A DNA stretch of 64,000 nt, from positions 21,321,385-21,385,384 of the forward strand of contig CM119268.1 in NCBI GenBank assembly GCA_051294375.1, read 5' to 3'. Made by a program: the position numbers and the translations under genes. A model generated the notes under the pieces. The model made no database searches. It was given only the letters and a program-made list of their open reading frames with translations, and had not been told where the DNA came from. Shown here one piece after another: positions 53,859 through 64,000 of the stretch; positions within the stretch are counted from its first letter, which is position 1, and every line of letters begins with the position of its first letter. Origin of the DNA: Paraspadella gotoi. Lineage: Eukaryota > Animalia > Chaetognatha.

Positions 53859-54683
53859 TGACTCTCGCTTTTCCTCTTTCTCTTTCTCTCGCTAAAAGAA
53901 AAAAAGTCAAACAAATTTAATTCATTTGTTTCTCTTTTTTCTCGCAAGCCAATTAGTAATAATAATAATTGCTTAAGTGAAAGTATATGTTAAAACAATT
54001 ATTAGTAATGAAATACTTAGCAATTGTTCGTTCTTGTTTCTTGTTTGAGAAAAAGAAAGTATTAGAAAAATAAATGTTTCGTTTATGAAAGCGACACGTC
54101 GGAAAACATAATTAAATGTACGGGTTTTTTATCTTTGTTTTTAAGTTTTTTCGTTGTTTTTTTTTTGTTATGTTTTTTTTTAAACAAATTTAAAAAGCCC
54201 AGTTTTGTATCGACCCTAATTAGTTTCCCTATTTCGGGTCAAATGATTCAAGCATGAGTGAGTTTACTGGTAAGTAAACGCAATAACGAGTCGCTTTCAT
54301 AAACAAAATTTATGGAAATCTAAAAAAAATTAACAGATTTCTGATAAAAAAAAATTTTCACTAAATATATATTTAGCTAAAAAAGTAGAAATGTCTCCAG
54401 GCCGCGGCGAGATTTCCAACTTCGGGATGAGATTTCCTGTTGTTCCTTTTTTTTTACTTTATTGTCCCAAGGATTCGACCTGTGAAAGGAAGTCGTGAAT
54501 ATCTGATTAACCATTAACCAAATTAACCATAAATTAACCACTAGCCCCCCCTTTCCCTTTTACTGATTTGCCAGACATTGCCGTTGGTCTAGATCCACAA
54601 TTGCATATTCTGCTTTCGACAATAAATCACAGAAAATGACGTAAATCAACCTCAGTCAGGATATGAAATTATTCCGCTCCTCA

Positions 54684-55023
54684 GCACTATTTTCCAAAAG
54701 CGCCTCATTTTTGTTCCTAATCCCTGAACTTAATTTTAATCTTAAAAACTAACTTTAATCCTTTTTGAAATATTCAATCAAATCTTTAATCCTTGTCCCT
54801 AATCTTTAATCTCTAATCTTTAATCCTTAATTTGTAATCCTAATGCCTAAACTTAATCCTAAAAGTTAAACCTAAATCTTAAACTTTAATGCTAATACCT
54901 AATAAAAAGTTTAATCATATCCTTATCAGAATCCCTAACTTAATCCCCACTCTTATCCTATCTAATAATAATCTTAAGACTTACAAACTAAGCTGTAATA
55001 GGGCGCTTTAAAAAAAAAAGGCC
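54684..55023. mobile_element. Same telomere-like MITE family (diverged)
   Basis: gcactattttccaaaagcgcctcatt ... aatagggcgctttaaaaaaaaaaaggcc; (t/c)ctaat/ccttaa array inside. Confidence 0.55.
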
Positions 55024-55467
55024 AAAAAAACGTTTGTCATATTAATATTTTTCCGGTAAATAAATCCAATCCTAACTTCTACATTTTGACATGCCTTCCT
55101 TCTCCATTTTGATATGCCATCCTTCTCCATTTTTAGATGCCCTTAAGACAATAACCCTTCACAGTTCACAATAATTACATTCTTTCCCAAATCGTTCTAT
55201 TAATTCCTGCCTCAGAGATTATGATTCCTCCTCTGTTTTAAGCTGTTATTTCCGAGTCAGACTCTTCCTTCAATGGGGTATTTCATGCGAGGGAATTGTC
55301 TCTATGGGACTCCTGCCTCATAATTCGGGTAAGGAAAGAGAAATATTATCTTCTTAATTAGGCTAAGCTCAATCTTGGCCCAATAGATCGAATCTAAGTC
55401 TGAGCTTAGAGATTAAATCAATGATATTGCGACTATTGGTAAATACTTGTTCAACTTCCATCCATTT

Positions 55468-55701
55468 GGCTCTCTTTTACGAGAGTGCATTCCTTTTAAT
55501 TCTAACTTTTATATAATTTTAACCTTATAAACTCCTCCTTAACCCTAATCCTGACCCTAATTACAAACCAAATGTTTAACTTTCACAAACCTAATCCTTA
55601 ATATAATCCTCAACCCTAACCTCAAACTTAATCTTTAATTAGAAAAGATTAACCAAATTCCAAAGTTAATATACAATGGGGTGTTCTGGGAAAATAAAGC
55701 C
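55468..55701. mobile_element. Same telomere-like MITE family
   Basis: Left end ggctctcttttacgagagtg, right end aatggggtgttctgggaaaataaagcc, with aaccctaa-rich interior. Confidence 0.7.
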
Positions 55702-55755
55702 TCACAGTTCTCACTTATTTCGCCAGTTGGTGACCCATCTCCTCACCCTATGGCT

Positions 55756-55906
55756 TCACTTGGTGACCCATCCGTGAACCCCAGCGAACGGATGCGGCGG
55801 TACGAACATTCCCGGTCTTGTGTTCCACGGGTAGAAGTAGTTTCCGTAGGTCGGACGGTAAGGGAGAGAGTCCCAGTCGCAGTGGCGGTAATAGGGCCAG
55901 TCGTAC
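55756..55906 (-). CDS. Ala-rich protein gene, probable terminal exon (YDWPYYRHCDWDSLPYRPTYGNYFYPWNTRPGMFVPPHPFAGVHGWVTK*)
   Basis: caccag acceptor; strong C-ending codon bias in this frame; the phase is off by one relative to the preceding exon (see findings). Confidence 0.6.
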
Positions 55907-56752
55907 CTGGTGGACGAATTGGAAATCATTTAGTGCCGATGTTCTTTTTTTTTTGTTGTTGTGGGTTTTTTTTTGGGGGGGGGGAAATCTTTCGAAAAAC
56001 TAAAGTAAGATATTGAAAAAAATAAAATATTCTAATAATTACTTATTATTAGGACGTGAAAATAAAAAAAAATACACTGAGAGAGATGTAAATGATGATG
56101 AGCATAACAATGTTTAAAACAAGATAAGAAAAAAAAAGAAAAGAAAAAAAAAGAAAAGAAAAGAAAAGAAAAGAAAAGAAAAGAAAAGAAAAGAAAAGAA
56201 GGTGATTGTAGAAGATGGAAGGAAATTGAAGTTTTCGAAGCGAGTCGAAAAAAAAAAGGATGAGTGAAGACAAAAAAAATAAATGAATAAAAAAGAAAGA
56301 AAAAAGGAAATTCGTTGGAGAATTTGTGAAAGATTGGAAAAATTGTAGAAGGATAAGGAATGACATCGAAGAAAAAACCGAATTTAAAGAAGATAAAATG
56401 TAAAAGGAAAAGAAGGAAAATTGAGAGAAAAGGTAAAAGAAAAAAAAATGATTAAAAATAAAATGAGAAAAAAATAAAGAAAAAAAGAGGAAGGAATCAT
56501 TACCTACCAATTATGGAGTACACTCACTGACTCTTTCACTTACTCACTCACTCACTCACTCACTCACTCTTTCACTCACTCACTCACTCACTCACTCACT
56601 CACTCACTTAGTCTCTCTCTATCTCTCTCTCTAGTAGTGATATGCGGTAAAAGATAAGATAGACAAAAGGAATGGGTGTCCTTCACGCATGAATTATTCA
56701 AATTAGGACGCGATCTCTCTCTCTCTCTGTCTCTGCCTCTCTGCCTCTCTCT

Positions 56753-56813
<61 letters not shown>

Positions 56814-57109
56814 GTCTCGACGTTTCCCCAGTTTGATGCATACGAAATGAAGCGTCACAAATCGGAAGAAGAGACTCGAAGCGAATCCTCGTTCGACGCG
56901 GGCAAAAAAAATACCGGAGCCTTTTGTTTATTTTAACGAGTTTCGATTGCAAGAGTCATCTTTCGGAAATTTCAGGAAATAAATGGATGGTTAAGCATAT
57001 TCTCTTTCTTTAGCTAACATTTGAANNNNNNNNNNAAACTCTTGTTTGATTTCTCATCTTTTCTCTTGGATACAAAGTCGACGTGCGACGTCTCTCGCCC
57101 ATTCCGAGA

Positions 57110-57271
57110 GCACATCTCTCGTTGAGGTCAACCTTCCCCCGGATGTAAATACATCTCGCGTTGAGGTCAACCTTCCCCCGGATGTAAATACATCTCGCGT
57201 TGAGGTCAACCTTCCCCCGGATGTAAATACATCTTGCGTTGAGGTCAACCTTCCCCCGGATGTAGATACAT
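57110..57271. repeat. 39-bp minisatellite, 4 copies
   Basis: Unit acatctcgcgttgaggtcaaccttcccccggatgtaaat. Confidence 0.95.
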
Positions 57272-57839
57272 TTCGGGTTCTTTTTTTTTCAGGAAAGAGA
57301 CCCGAGCCTTTCTCGATGTTAGTCTTTCTCGATGCCAGTCGATGCCAGTCGATGCCTTTCTCGATGCCAGTCGTTCATTTCCCATTTTTTCCTTTCTTCT
57401 CTTTTATTTTTTATGCTTTTTAGTTTTCTTTTCAAAGGATTTTTTTTCACTCTGGTTTCACACCTTTTTTCTCCTTCACACAAAAAATATCACAAAGGAA
57501 AGTGAAATATTTTTTTAAGAAGAAATATTAGCCGATGACGATTCGACTTGAAAGGAAAGTGAGATAATGTTGACATCAATTTGACACGAAAGACAGATAA
57601 TTTTGACATCGATTTGAAACGAAAGAGAGATAATGTTGACATCGAATTGTGAGAAAACAAGGGCGGCCTTGTCACGTGATCTGAAAACCTAGGATAACCA
57701 AGTCACGTGAACTGGAAGGCGCCTCGAGGTAGAAGTGAGTTCAAGAAACTGACAGTATGAAGTATGAAGTATACGTTATATAACGAACCTCGATCAAAAC
57801 TGTTTAATTAGTGAAAAGGGCTAAGCCTTTATCTCTTAC

Positions 57840-57924
57840 CCCAAGTGGTCCCGGTCCCGATATGAAACGGCCTTAGCAAAGGAGAGACCACTGGTATGTA
57901 AGGCTTTGCGCAAGGATGGATGTT
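57840..57924 (-). CDS. Ala-rich protein gene exon (NIHPCAKPYIPVVSPLLRPFHIGTGTTW in phase 0)
   Basis: atctag acceptor and ggg|gtaaga donor; two frames are open. Confidence 0.6.
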
Positions 57925-58197
57925 CTAGATTTCAAAGCGACTTTACAATAAATATGAAAATAAGACAAGCTTACAGAGAAAGAGTTGCAAAAGTTTACAA
58001 TAAGTAATATGTATAATTGTTGAATACAGAAATCATTTCAACTGTTTTCATTCACGCTCACAGTAGATTTTAAATGACAGTTGATTTAAACTCACCAGTA
58101 TTTGTTCTTCCTTAACAATTCGTATTTTTCCGCCCGAAGCTTTTTATCCTCGCAGCGTTGCTGTTGTCGGGGAAAGAGCAAGGTAGGAAGGAGGAAG

Positions 58198-58252
<55 letters not shown>

Positions 58253-58261
58253 CAAACTCAC

Positions 58262-58333
58262 CTTGAGTTTGGTCCTTACTCCAGCCCAGAGGACATTCAT
58301 CTTGGCTTTTTCCACCAAAAGATCATTCGCCAA
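58262..58333 (-). CDS. Ala-rich protein gene exon (LANDLLVEKAKMNVLWAGVRTKLK)
   Basis: Very strong sites, ttttttacag and aag|gtgagt; only the phase-0 frame is free of stops. Confidence 0.7.
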
Positions 58334-58409
58334 CTGTAAAAAAAAATAAAAAAATAACGATCCAAATTGACATTGTACTACAATTGTGAGATAAACTTTC
58401 GTGGATAGA

Positions 58410-58850
58410 TAGTCTAGCCTCATATGGAGTCGTCTAGCCTCATATTAAGTCTTCTTGCCTCAAATTAATCCTTCTAGCCTCATATTAAGTCTTCTAGCCT
58501 CATATTAAGTCGTCTAGCCTCATATTAAGTCGTCTAGCCTCCTATTAAGTCTTCTCGCCTCATATTAAGTCATCTAGCCTCATATTAAGTCATCTAGCCT
58601 AATATTAAGTCATCTAGCCTCATATTAAGTCGTCCAGCCTCATATTAAGTCTTCTAGCCTCATATTAAGTCTTCTAGCCTCATATTAAGTCATCTAGCCT
58701 CATATTAAGTCTTCTAGCCTCATATTAAGTCTTCTAGCCTCAAATTAAGTCTTCCTGCCTCATATTAAGCCTGATATTAAGTCATCTAGCCTCATATTAA
58801 GTCATCTCGCCTCATATTAAGTCATCTAGCCTCATATTAAGTGGTCTAGC
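58410..58850. repeat. 20-bp minisatellite, about 22 copies (intronic)
   Basis: Unit gtc(t/a/g)tctagcctcatattaa. Confidence 0.95.
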
Positions 58851-59803
58851 CAGATCATAAGTGATCTTGTCTCAAATAAAGTGGTCTCGCCTCGTCTCAT
58901 CTATTTCTATTCTCTCTCTAAACGCGTCAGAGTCAGTACGGATAAATTACGCTAGCGACAGGGGACGGTCAGTCAGAGTAAGACGCCCTGACGCCAATTC
59001 CTCTAATGTTCTGGTCACAGGCAAACATGTTTATTAGTTCCATTTTACAGTTGTATGCCAACTAGTACATAATTATCGTAATAAAATAAATCTCGTTTAG
59101 TATGATTAATTCTTTCATTCATTAATTTATTCATTCATACATTCATTCATTCGTTCATTCATTCATTCATTCCTTCCTTTTCTCACGATCACAAACTTTC
59201 TCAGGTCATCGACCTTTTTCGTTGTCACGTGATCAAATGTCGGTCGCGTGTATAAACGCGGTCACGTGACCCGCGTCGTGGGCGGAAGAGGATTTCCTCT
59301 CGTCGCAACGCGGAGGGAAAATCTCGAACGATTTATCTGATTGAGAAATCGGGTATTCATGATGGGGGGGCACTGAGAAAGCTTGTATAGAGAGACTTCC
59401 AGGTTAAACTCCCGCTCTTCTCCGAACCCACCAATCTGGAAGATTCATCCGTGATTCATAGAGAGATTTTGTTTATTACTCGTTGGTTATTCATTTCATT
59501 TATGGGTAGAATTTGAAACTGGTTGCGACAATCCTCTGAGGTGATAAGAAAAGACTTGATTAAACTAGTAATTCTTTCAGTGTATATATAATGTTTACAA
59601 TTTTTATAACATGTATAGTTAAAAAACTACTTGACGTTTATGAGTAGATGGAAGGTTGATTTATTTCTCTCACATCTCATCAACCTTCATCAATCCATAC
59701 GCCCTTACATTGATCCATTTATTCATAGCAACAAAAACAACAACAACAAGGATTCCTTCCCCTGTATCTCACTTAACCAACGCTCCCATCCCCCGCCACA
59801 CAC

Positions 59804-60149
59804 GGCTCTCTTTTCCGAGAGTGACCCGTTTTTGTTCGTTTAACTCGGAATTTTAATTTAACTTTAATATTCAACCTTAATATATTTCTTAACTTATAAA
59901 CTAATCCCTAACCATAATCCTTAACTATATCCTAATCCTGAACCCAAACCCTAAACCCTAAACCCAAACCCTAAACCCCTAAACCTTTATCCCAAATTAC
60001 GAACCCTAACCTCAATTAGAAACCAAGTCCCGAACCTTAATTGTCTAACGTCTACTAACCCTAACCTCGATCCAACCCAATCAATAATGAAAACAAATAA
60101 CCTAATTCCGAATTTAAGATAAAACGGGTCGTTCTGGGAAAATAAGGCC
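59804..60149. mobile_element. Non-autonomous TIR element (MITE) with an internal degenerate (CCCTAA)n array
   Basis: Ends GGCTCTCTTTTCCGAGAGTGACCCGTTTT and AAAACGGGTCGTTCTGGGAAAATAAGGCC form a 29-bp inverted repeat (23/29 matches by eye). Confidence 0.75.
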
Positions 60150-60165
60150 TTCCCCCCTTATCCAC

Positions 60166-60380
60166 CTTCTCCTTGGCGTGTTCGGCTCCGGCGGCGATCG
60201 CTTCCGCCGAGGGTTTCGCCGCCTCCGCCTTCGCAGCGAACTTCTCGGCGGCGAGAGCGGCGAATGCGGCGTCGTCGGCGGCTGCAGCGGCGTTGGCGGC
60301 GTTGATGGCGTTTGCGGCGTCGGCGGCTTTGGCGGCGTCGGCGAAACTTGGCGCCGGTGCGGAGACGACGGGGGTTGGGA
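60166..60380 (-). CDS. Ala-rich protein gene exon (VPTPVVSAPAPSFADAAKAADAANAINAANAAAAADDAAFAALAAEKFAAKAEAAKPSAEAIAAGAEHAKEK)
   Basis: ccaaag acceptor and aag|gtggat donor; C-ending codon bias (gcc/gac/aac/ttc) like the GPCR exons; phase 1 to 0. Confidence 0.7.
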
Positions 60381-61539
60381 CTTTGGGGGGAGTGTAGGGG
60401 GGGGTGAGGGTGGTAAAAAGGTGGGGGATTGTTTGATAGAGACAGAGTGGCGGAAGAGAGAATTGAAGGTGACCAACGGAGTGTGAGACAGATGCCTTAA
60501 CTTAGAATATTTGTTTAAAGTGGATAGAAGTACAGACAAACCGGCTGATGGATTAATACGGCCGTGAGAAATGAATATTATATAATTTTCGTTGTTTTCA
60601 AGGCATAGATTGACAGACAAATTAAATAAAATTCGTGATATATCGATATGAAAGTACAATTTAAAAAAAAAAGGATAGCGGAAATTAAGAAATGGGGCGA
60701 ACGAAGTGGACCGGAAGCGCCTCTAGGCGACCGGAGGCCACTGGAAGCGCCTCTAGGCGACCGGAAGCGTCTCAAGGTTAAAACGAAGAGCGAAAAAGAG
60801 TGAATTAGCAAAGGCGTGAATTGTTGATAAGACTGGGAGAGGAACTGCCTTGTTTCTTGTTTTGCATTATCGTCCCTTGTTTCGTTTAGCTCTTGTTTTT
60901 TTTGTGACTTGAAATTATAGGGTTTTTCGCTCATTTTTGAAATAAATAATATTGTTCAGGAAAATGATTGTTGATGTAAACAATAAGGATTATCAGTTAA
61001 ATACAAAACTAAGATATTCTAAAATAGGTTTTCGCGTCGAAATTTATTGGTTAAGTAAACTCTTTGACTATAATATATTAAATGCAAAATGAAGTAACGA
61101 TGAGACAGCGTACAAAGCTTAAAAGAAATGTTAGTAAATTCAAATATTGTAAGAAACTTAGGAATAAAACTAAAAATGGAATTCTTTTTTCTTAAAAATA
61201 AATTATTTCTTCTCTACTTTAAGAACCTCGCTAATCACTATTCTGAAAATGTCTTGGCTCCTTTCTCAGTTTCACGGGTTAGGCCATGAGAGGGCAGAGA
61301 AAAGTTAATAGAATCAAAAGCGATATCTCACTTCACGCAATCAGCTTGGGGTGAATAAAAAAACAACAAAAAAAAACATAAAAACATAAAGCCGATTGTG
61401 TGAACTTAATTTTCGCGCGCGAGAAATTCTCAATTTCTTTTAATGTTTTTTCTCTTTATATTTTTTAAATTATGCAATTTAACTATTTTCATCTTTATTT
61501 ATAATTTTTTTTTGTTTCTCGCTTTGTCGCGAAAATTAC

Positions 61540-61626
61540 CTTCAGCGGCTGGAGACTCAGCGGCGGCTGCTGCCGCAGCGACGCCGACCGCAGCAGCCTC
61601 GCCGCGGCGCTGGTCGGCTGCGGCGT
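61540..61626 (-). CDS. Ala-rich protein gene exon (DAAADQRRGEAAAVGVAAAAAAAESPAAE)
   Basis: caccag acceptor and aag|gtaatt donor; 87 nt, phase 1-1; GC-rich coding-like island. Confidence 0.65.
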
Positions 61627-62318
61627 CTGGTGCATCGTCGCGTGGCGACGCGTTTCAAAAAGACGAACGCAAAAAAAAAAAAAAAAAAAAAGAAAAGTAA
61701 AAGGAGAAAATGCTAACGACGAAATCTAGTTCATTACAAAAATGAATGTTTAATAGAACGCCGTTTAAAAAAATTAATAACAAAAGTTGAAATTGATTAA
61801 AAAAGCCTGACTTTTTTTGCTATAAAGAGAAAACTACCCCAAGGGAGAGACATTTTATCATTCCTAGGGGTTACCCCTCAGGAAGGCAATTCGCACCCCT
61901 AGGGGATCTGCAATGAGGCCGCCCCAAAATGGCCAAAAAATTATCCCCCCTGGGGGAACTCCTGGGTATATAGTTTTTGCCCACCCCCTAGGTCTATCTC
62001 TAGGTATGACCCCCCTGTGTCGCCCCTAGGCCACCCGCCTGGGGGAACCCTTTTATTCTGACGTCAATGTTTCTGGTTGGCAGAAACGCCTTCCTAATGA
62101 GAACCCAGTGAAATTTCGCGTCAAAAATTTAATGGATTTTATCTTTTAGATACTACGTTTTTTTAGTCTACTTAACAGTTCACTATTTCACAATATATTT
62201 CAAAAATATTAACAAATTTCAAAACGCTCTATCAAAATTTCATTTAGACTTCTGCAATAGAGAAGGTGCGTTGGTGAACTCGTCGCGTTCTAACGCAACA
62301 ATAATATAATATAAATTG

Positions 62319-62540
62319 ATAGGGAAGCCAGGTACTCTGGGAGTGAATAAACGAGACTGTGAGAGAGTCTTGATTGAAAGCTTGCAGGGACCTGCTATGT
62401 CATTATCTTGTAAGAGTGATGGAGGCCTTAAACCACCAAAGCCTGTCCAAAGTCAGGGGCAAGATAGCTTATTTATTAAATGAATGGATAATTTTTATAT
62501 TGGTTGTACCAATTTCATAATAATATAATATAATAATAAC
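62319..62540 (+). mobile_element. Dispersed repeat of about 200 bp (SINE/LINE 3'-end-like); other copies at about 8223-8375 and 53147-53345
   Basis: Shared actgtgagag..ttgattg(a/t)aagct..tatgt..atcttg..gtccaa.gtcag..gcaag.tagct..taccaattt in three places, same orientation, with an (aat)n-like tail. Confidence 0.7.
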
Positions 62541-62725
62541 GCCGAATAAAAATCTCATATCAACAAAGAACGACGTCGTTGTTGTCGTTGTTGTCGTCTT
62601 CGTGGTTGTTGTTGTTGTAGGAGTCGAAAGGCGAAATTAGAGGACGCGAGCCAATCTCGCGAAGGCGGAACTCACGCGCCAATGTTCATCACAAATGTGT
62701 GAACGATACAAGGACGGTCAGGGTC

Positions 62726-62762
<37 letters not shown>

Positions 62763-62975
62763 TTTCCTTTCTTTCTTTCTTTCTTTCTTTGCTTCCTCTT
62801 GCCTCTCTCTCCGTTCCTCGCTCTCTCCTCGTTCATCTCTCTCTCTCGTCTCTCCTCTCTCTCTCAGCTCTTCGCATCCTCTCTGAAAAGGTTTAGAATC
62901 AATGTAATTAGAAAAACCCTAAATTTTTTATTCCCTCCATCTCATTTGTTCTTTTCTGTCCTCCGTGTACTATTA

Positions 62976-63007
<32 letters not shown>

Positions 63008-63307
63008 GTCCCCATTTTTTATTGGTTCTTTTGTTTCATATTTATTCCCTTTCATCTTCAACATTTTAATTTTCTCTTTTTTTGTTCTTCTTCCTCTTCT
63101 CTATCTCTTTCTTTCTTTCTTTCTTTCCTTCTTTCTGTCTTTTTTTATTTCTTTCTCGTCTCACACTCTCTCGCCTCCGTCCTTTCTTTATCCTTCTTCT
63201 CCTTTTTCCTCTCTTTCCTCCCTTTCTTCCTCTTCTTCTTCCGCTTCTCCCTTCCTCCCTTCCTCCCTCTCACCTCCGGTCGAGTCGGGAACGTAAAGGT
63301 TGATCAC

Positions 63308-63337
63308 CTTCGACGGCGCGTTTTTCGCGTTGAACGC
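63308..63337 (-). CDS. Ala-rich protein gene, 30-nt microexon (VQREKRAVE)
   Basis: Long pyrimidine tract plus ctttag acceptor; aag|gtgatc donor; phase 1-1. Confidence 0.6.
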
Positions 63338-63522
63338 CTAAAGGAGGAAGGGAGGAAAGAAAGGAGGAAGGGAGGAAAGAAAGGAGGAAATAGTAAAAAA
63401 AAGTTAGGAAATGATGAAAAGAAAGGAGGAAAAAAGAAAAGAAAAAAAGATTTAAAAAGAAAAAAGAAAAAATTGGGAGAATAATTAAGGAAAAGAAAAA
63501 AAGGAGAGTTAAAGGTAAAAAA

Positions 63523-63838
63523 AACTTTGATCATCTCGCTTCAATCTTTAATCAATCAATAAATTCTTCAATCAATCAATCAATCGATCTCAGCCAATCA
63601 CCTTGATCTTCTCGCTCCAATCTTCGATCAATCAATCAGTTCTTCAATCAATCAATCAATCTCAGCCAATCACCTTGATCTTCTCGCTCCAATCTTTGAT
63701 CAATCAATCAATTCTTTAATCAATCAATCAATCTCAGCCAATCACTTTGATCTTCTCGCTCCAATCTTCGATCAATCAATCAGTTCTTCAATCAATCAAT
63801 CAATCTCAGCTAATCACCTTGATCTTCTCGCTCCAATC
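63523..63838. repeat. 72-bp tandem repeat, 4-5 copies, each containing an exon end plus splice donor
   Basis: cac(c/t)ttgatcttctcgctccaatct recurs at 63599, 63671, 63743 and 63815. Confidence 0.9.
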
Positions 63839-63867
63839 TCCGGCGTTGGGCGTGGCGCTGATGACGT
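63818..63867 (-). CDS. Ala-rich protein gene, candidate upstream exon (RHQRHAQRRRLEREDQ); frame and acceptor uncertain
   Basis: cttag acceptor (alternative ttttag at 63892) and aag|gtgatt donor; GC-rich island in AT-rich DNA. Confidence 0.4.
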
Positions 63868-64000
63868 CTAAGATGAGAGGCGCAGCTCTACCTAAAAGTC
63901 GACCAACGTGAATTGACGATAGAGCGTGAAAGATTTCATTATATTTATGTGTATAAAGATAAACGGTAGTCGCAGGATTGGGCCCACGTATTATTGGGCC

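Noticed and set aside
58323-58325. In-frame TGA as selenocysteine
   Set aside because: Another frame of the exon is fully open and in phase with the upstream exon, and no SECIS-like stem was seen by eye downstream; kept only as a minor alternative.
47358-58850. Regular repeats at 47358, 57110 and 58410 as CRISPR-like arrays
   Set aside because: Head-to-tail units with no unique spacers, a eukaryotic context and no cas genes; ordinary minisatellites.
59271-59435. Extra minus-strand exon IGGFGEEREFNLEVSLYKL...
   Set aside because: Acceptor plausible and phase compatible, but the donor (gtcacg) is weak and the exon is not needed for the gene model.
59880-60065. True telomere or chromosome-fusion scar
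   Set aside because: The repeats are degenerate, short and bounded by TIRs shared with other copies, so they are element-internal.

Overview
Animal (metazoan) genomic DNA from a draft assembly: AT-rich, dense in microsatellites, with several N gaps. Almost all entries in the supplied ORF track are low-complexity artefacts. Three spliced genes were reconstructed by hand from splice sites and phase. (1) A rhodopsin-class peptide GPCR of the FMRFamide/sex-peptide-receptor-like type on the + strand, at least 8 exons over about 37 kb (7992-45224). (2) A complete 8-exon transmembrane channel-like (TMC, TMC7-like) gene on the - strand (33720-40368), lying entirely inside the GPCR's 20-kb intron between TM5 and TM6. 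It has a GC-AG intron, a (KDEDRR)n N-terminus and a stop codon inside a tRNA-like element. (3) An unrecognised multi-exon gene on the - strand (about 55756 to beyond 63867) encoding an Ala-rich helical protein with a possible REKR processing site and a Tyr/Trp/Pro-rich C-terminus. Also present are a family of TIR elements filled with telomere-like repeats, other MITEs, minisatellites, and two large duplications centred on 25-N gaps that are probably assembly artefacts.
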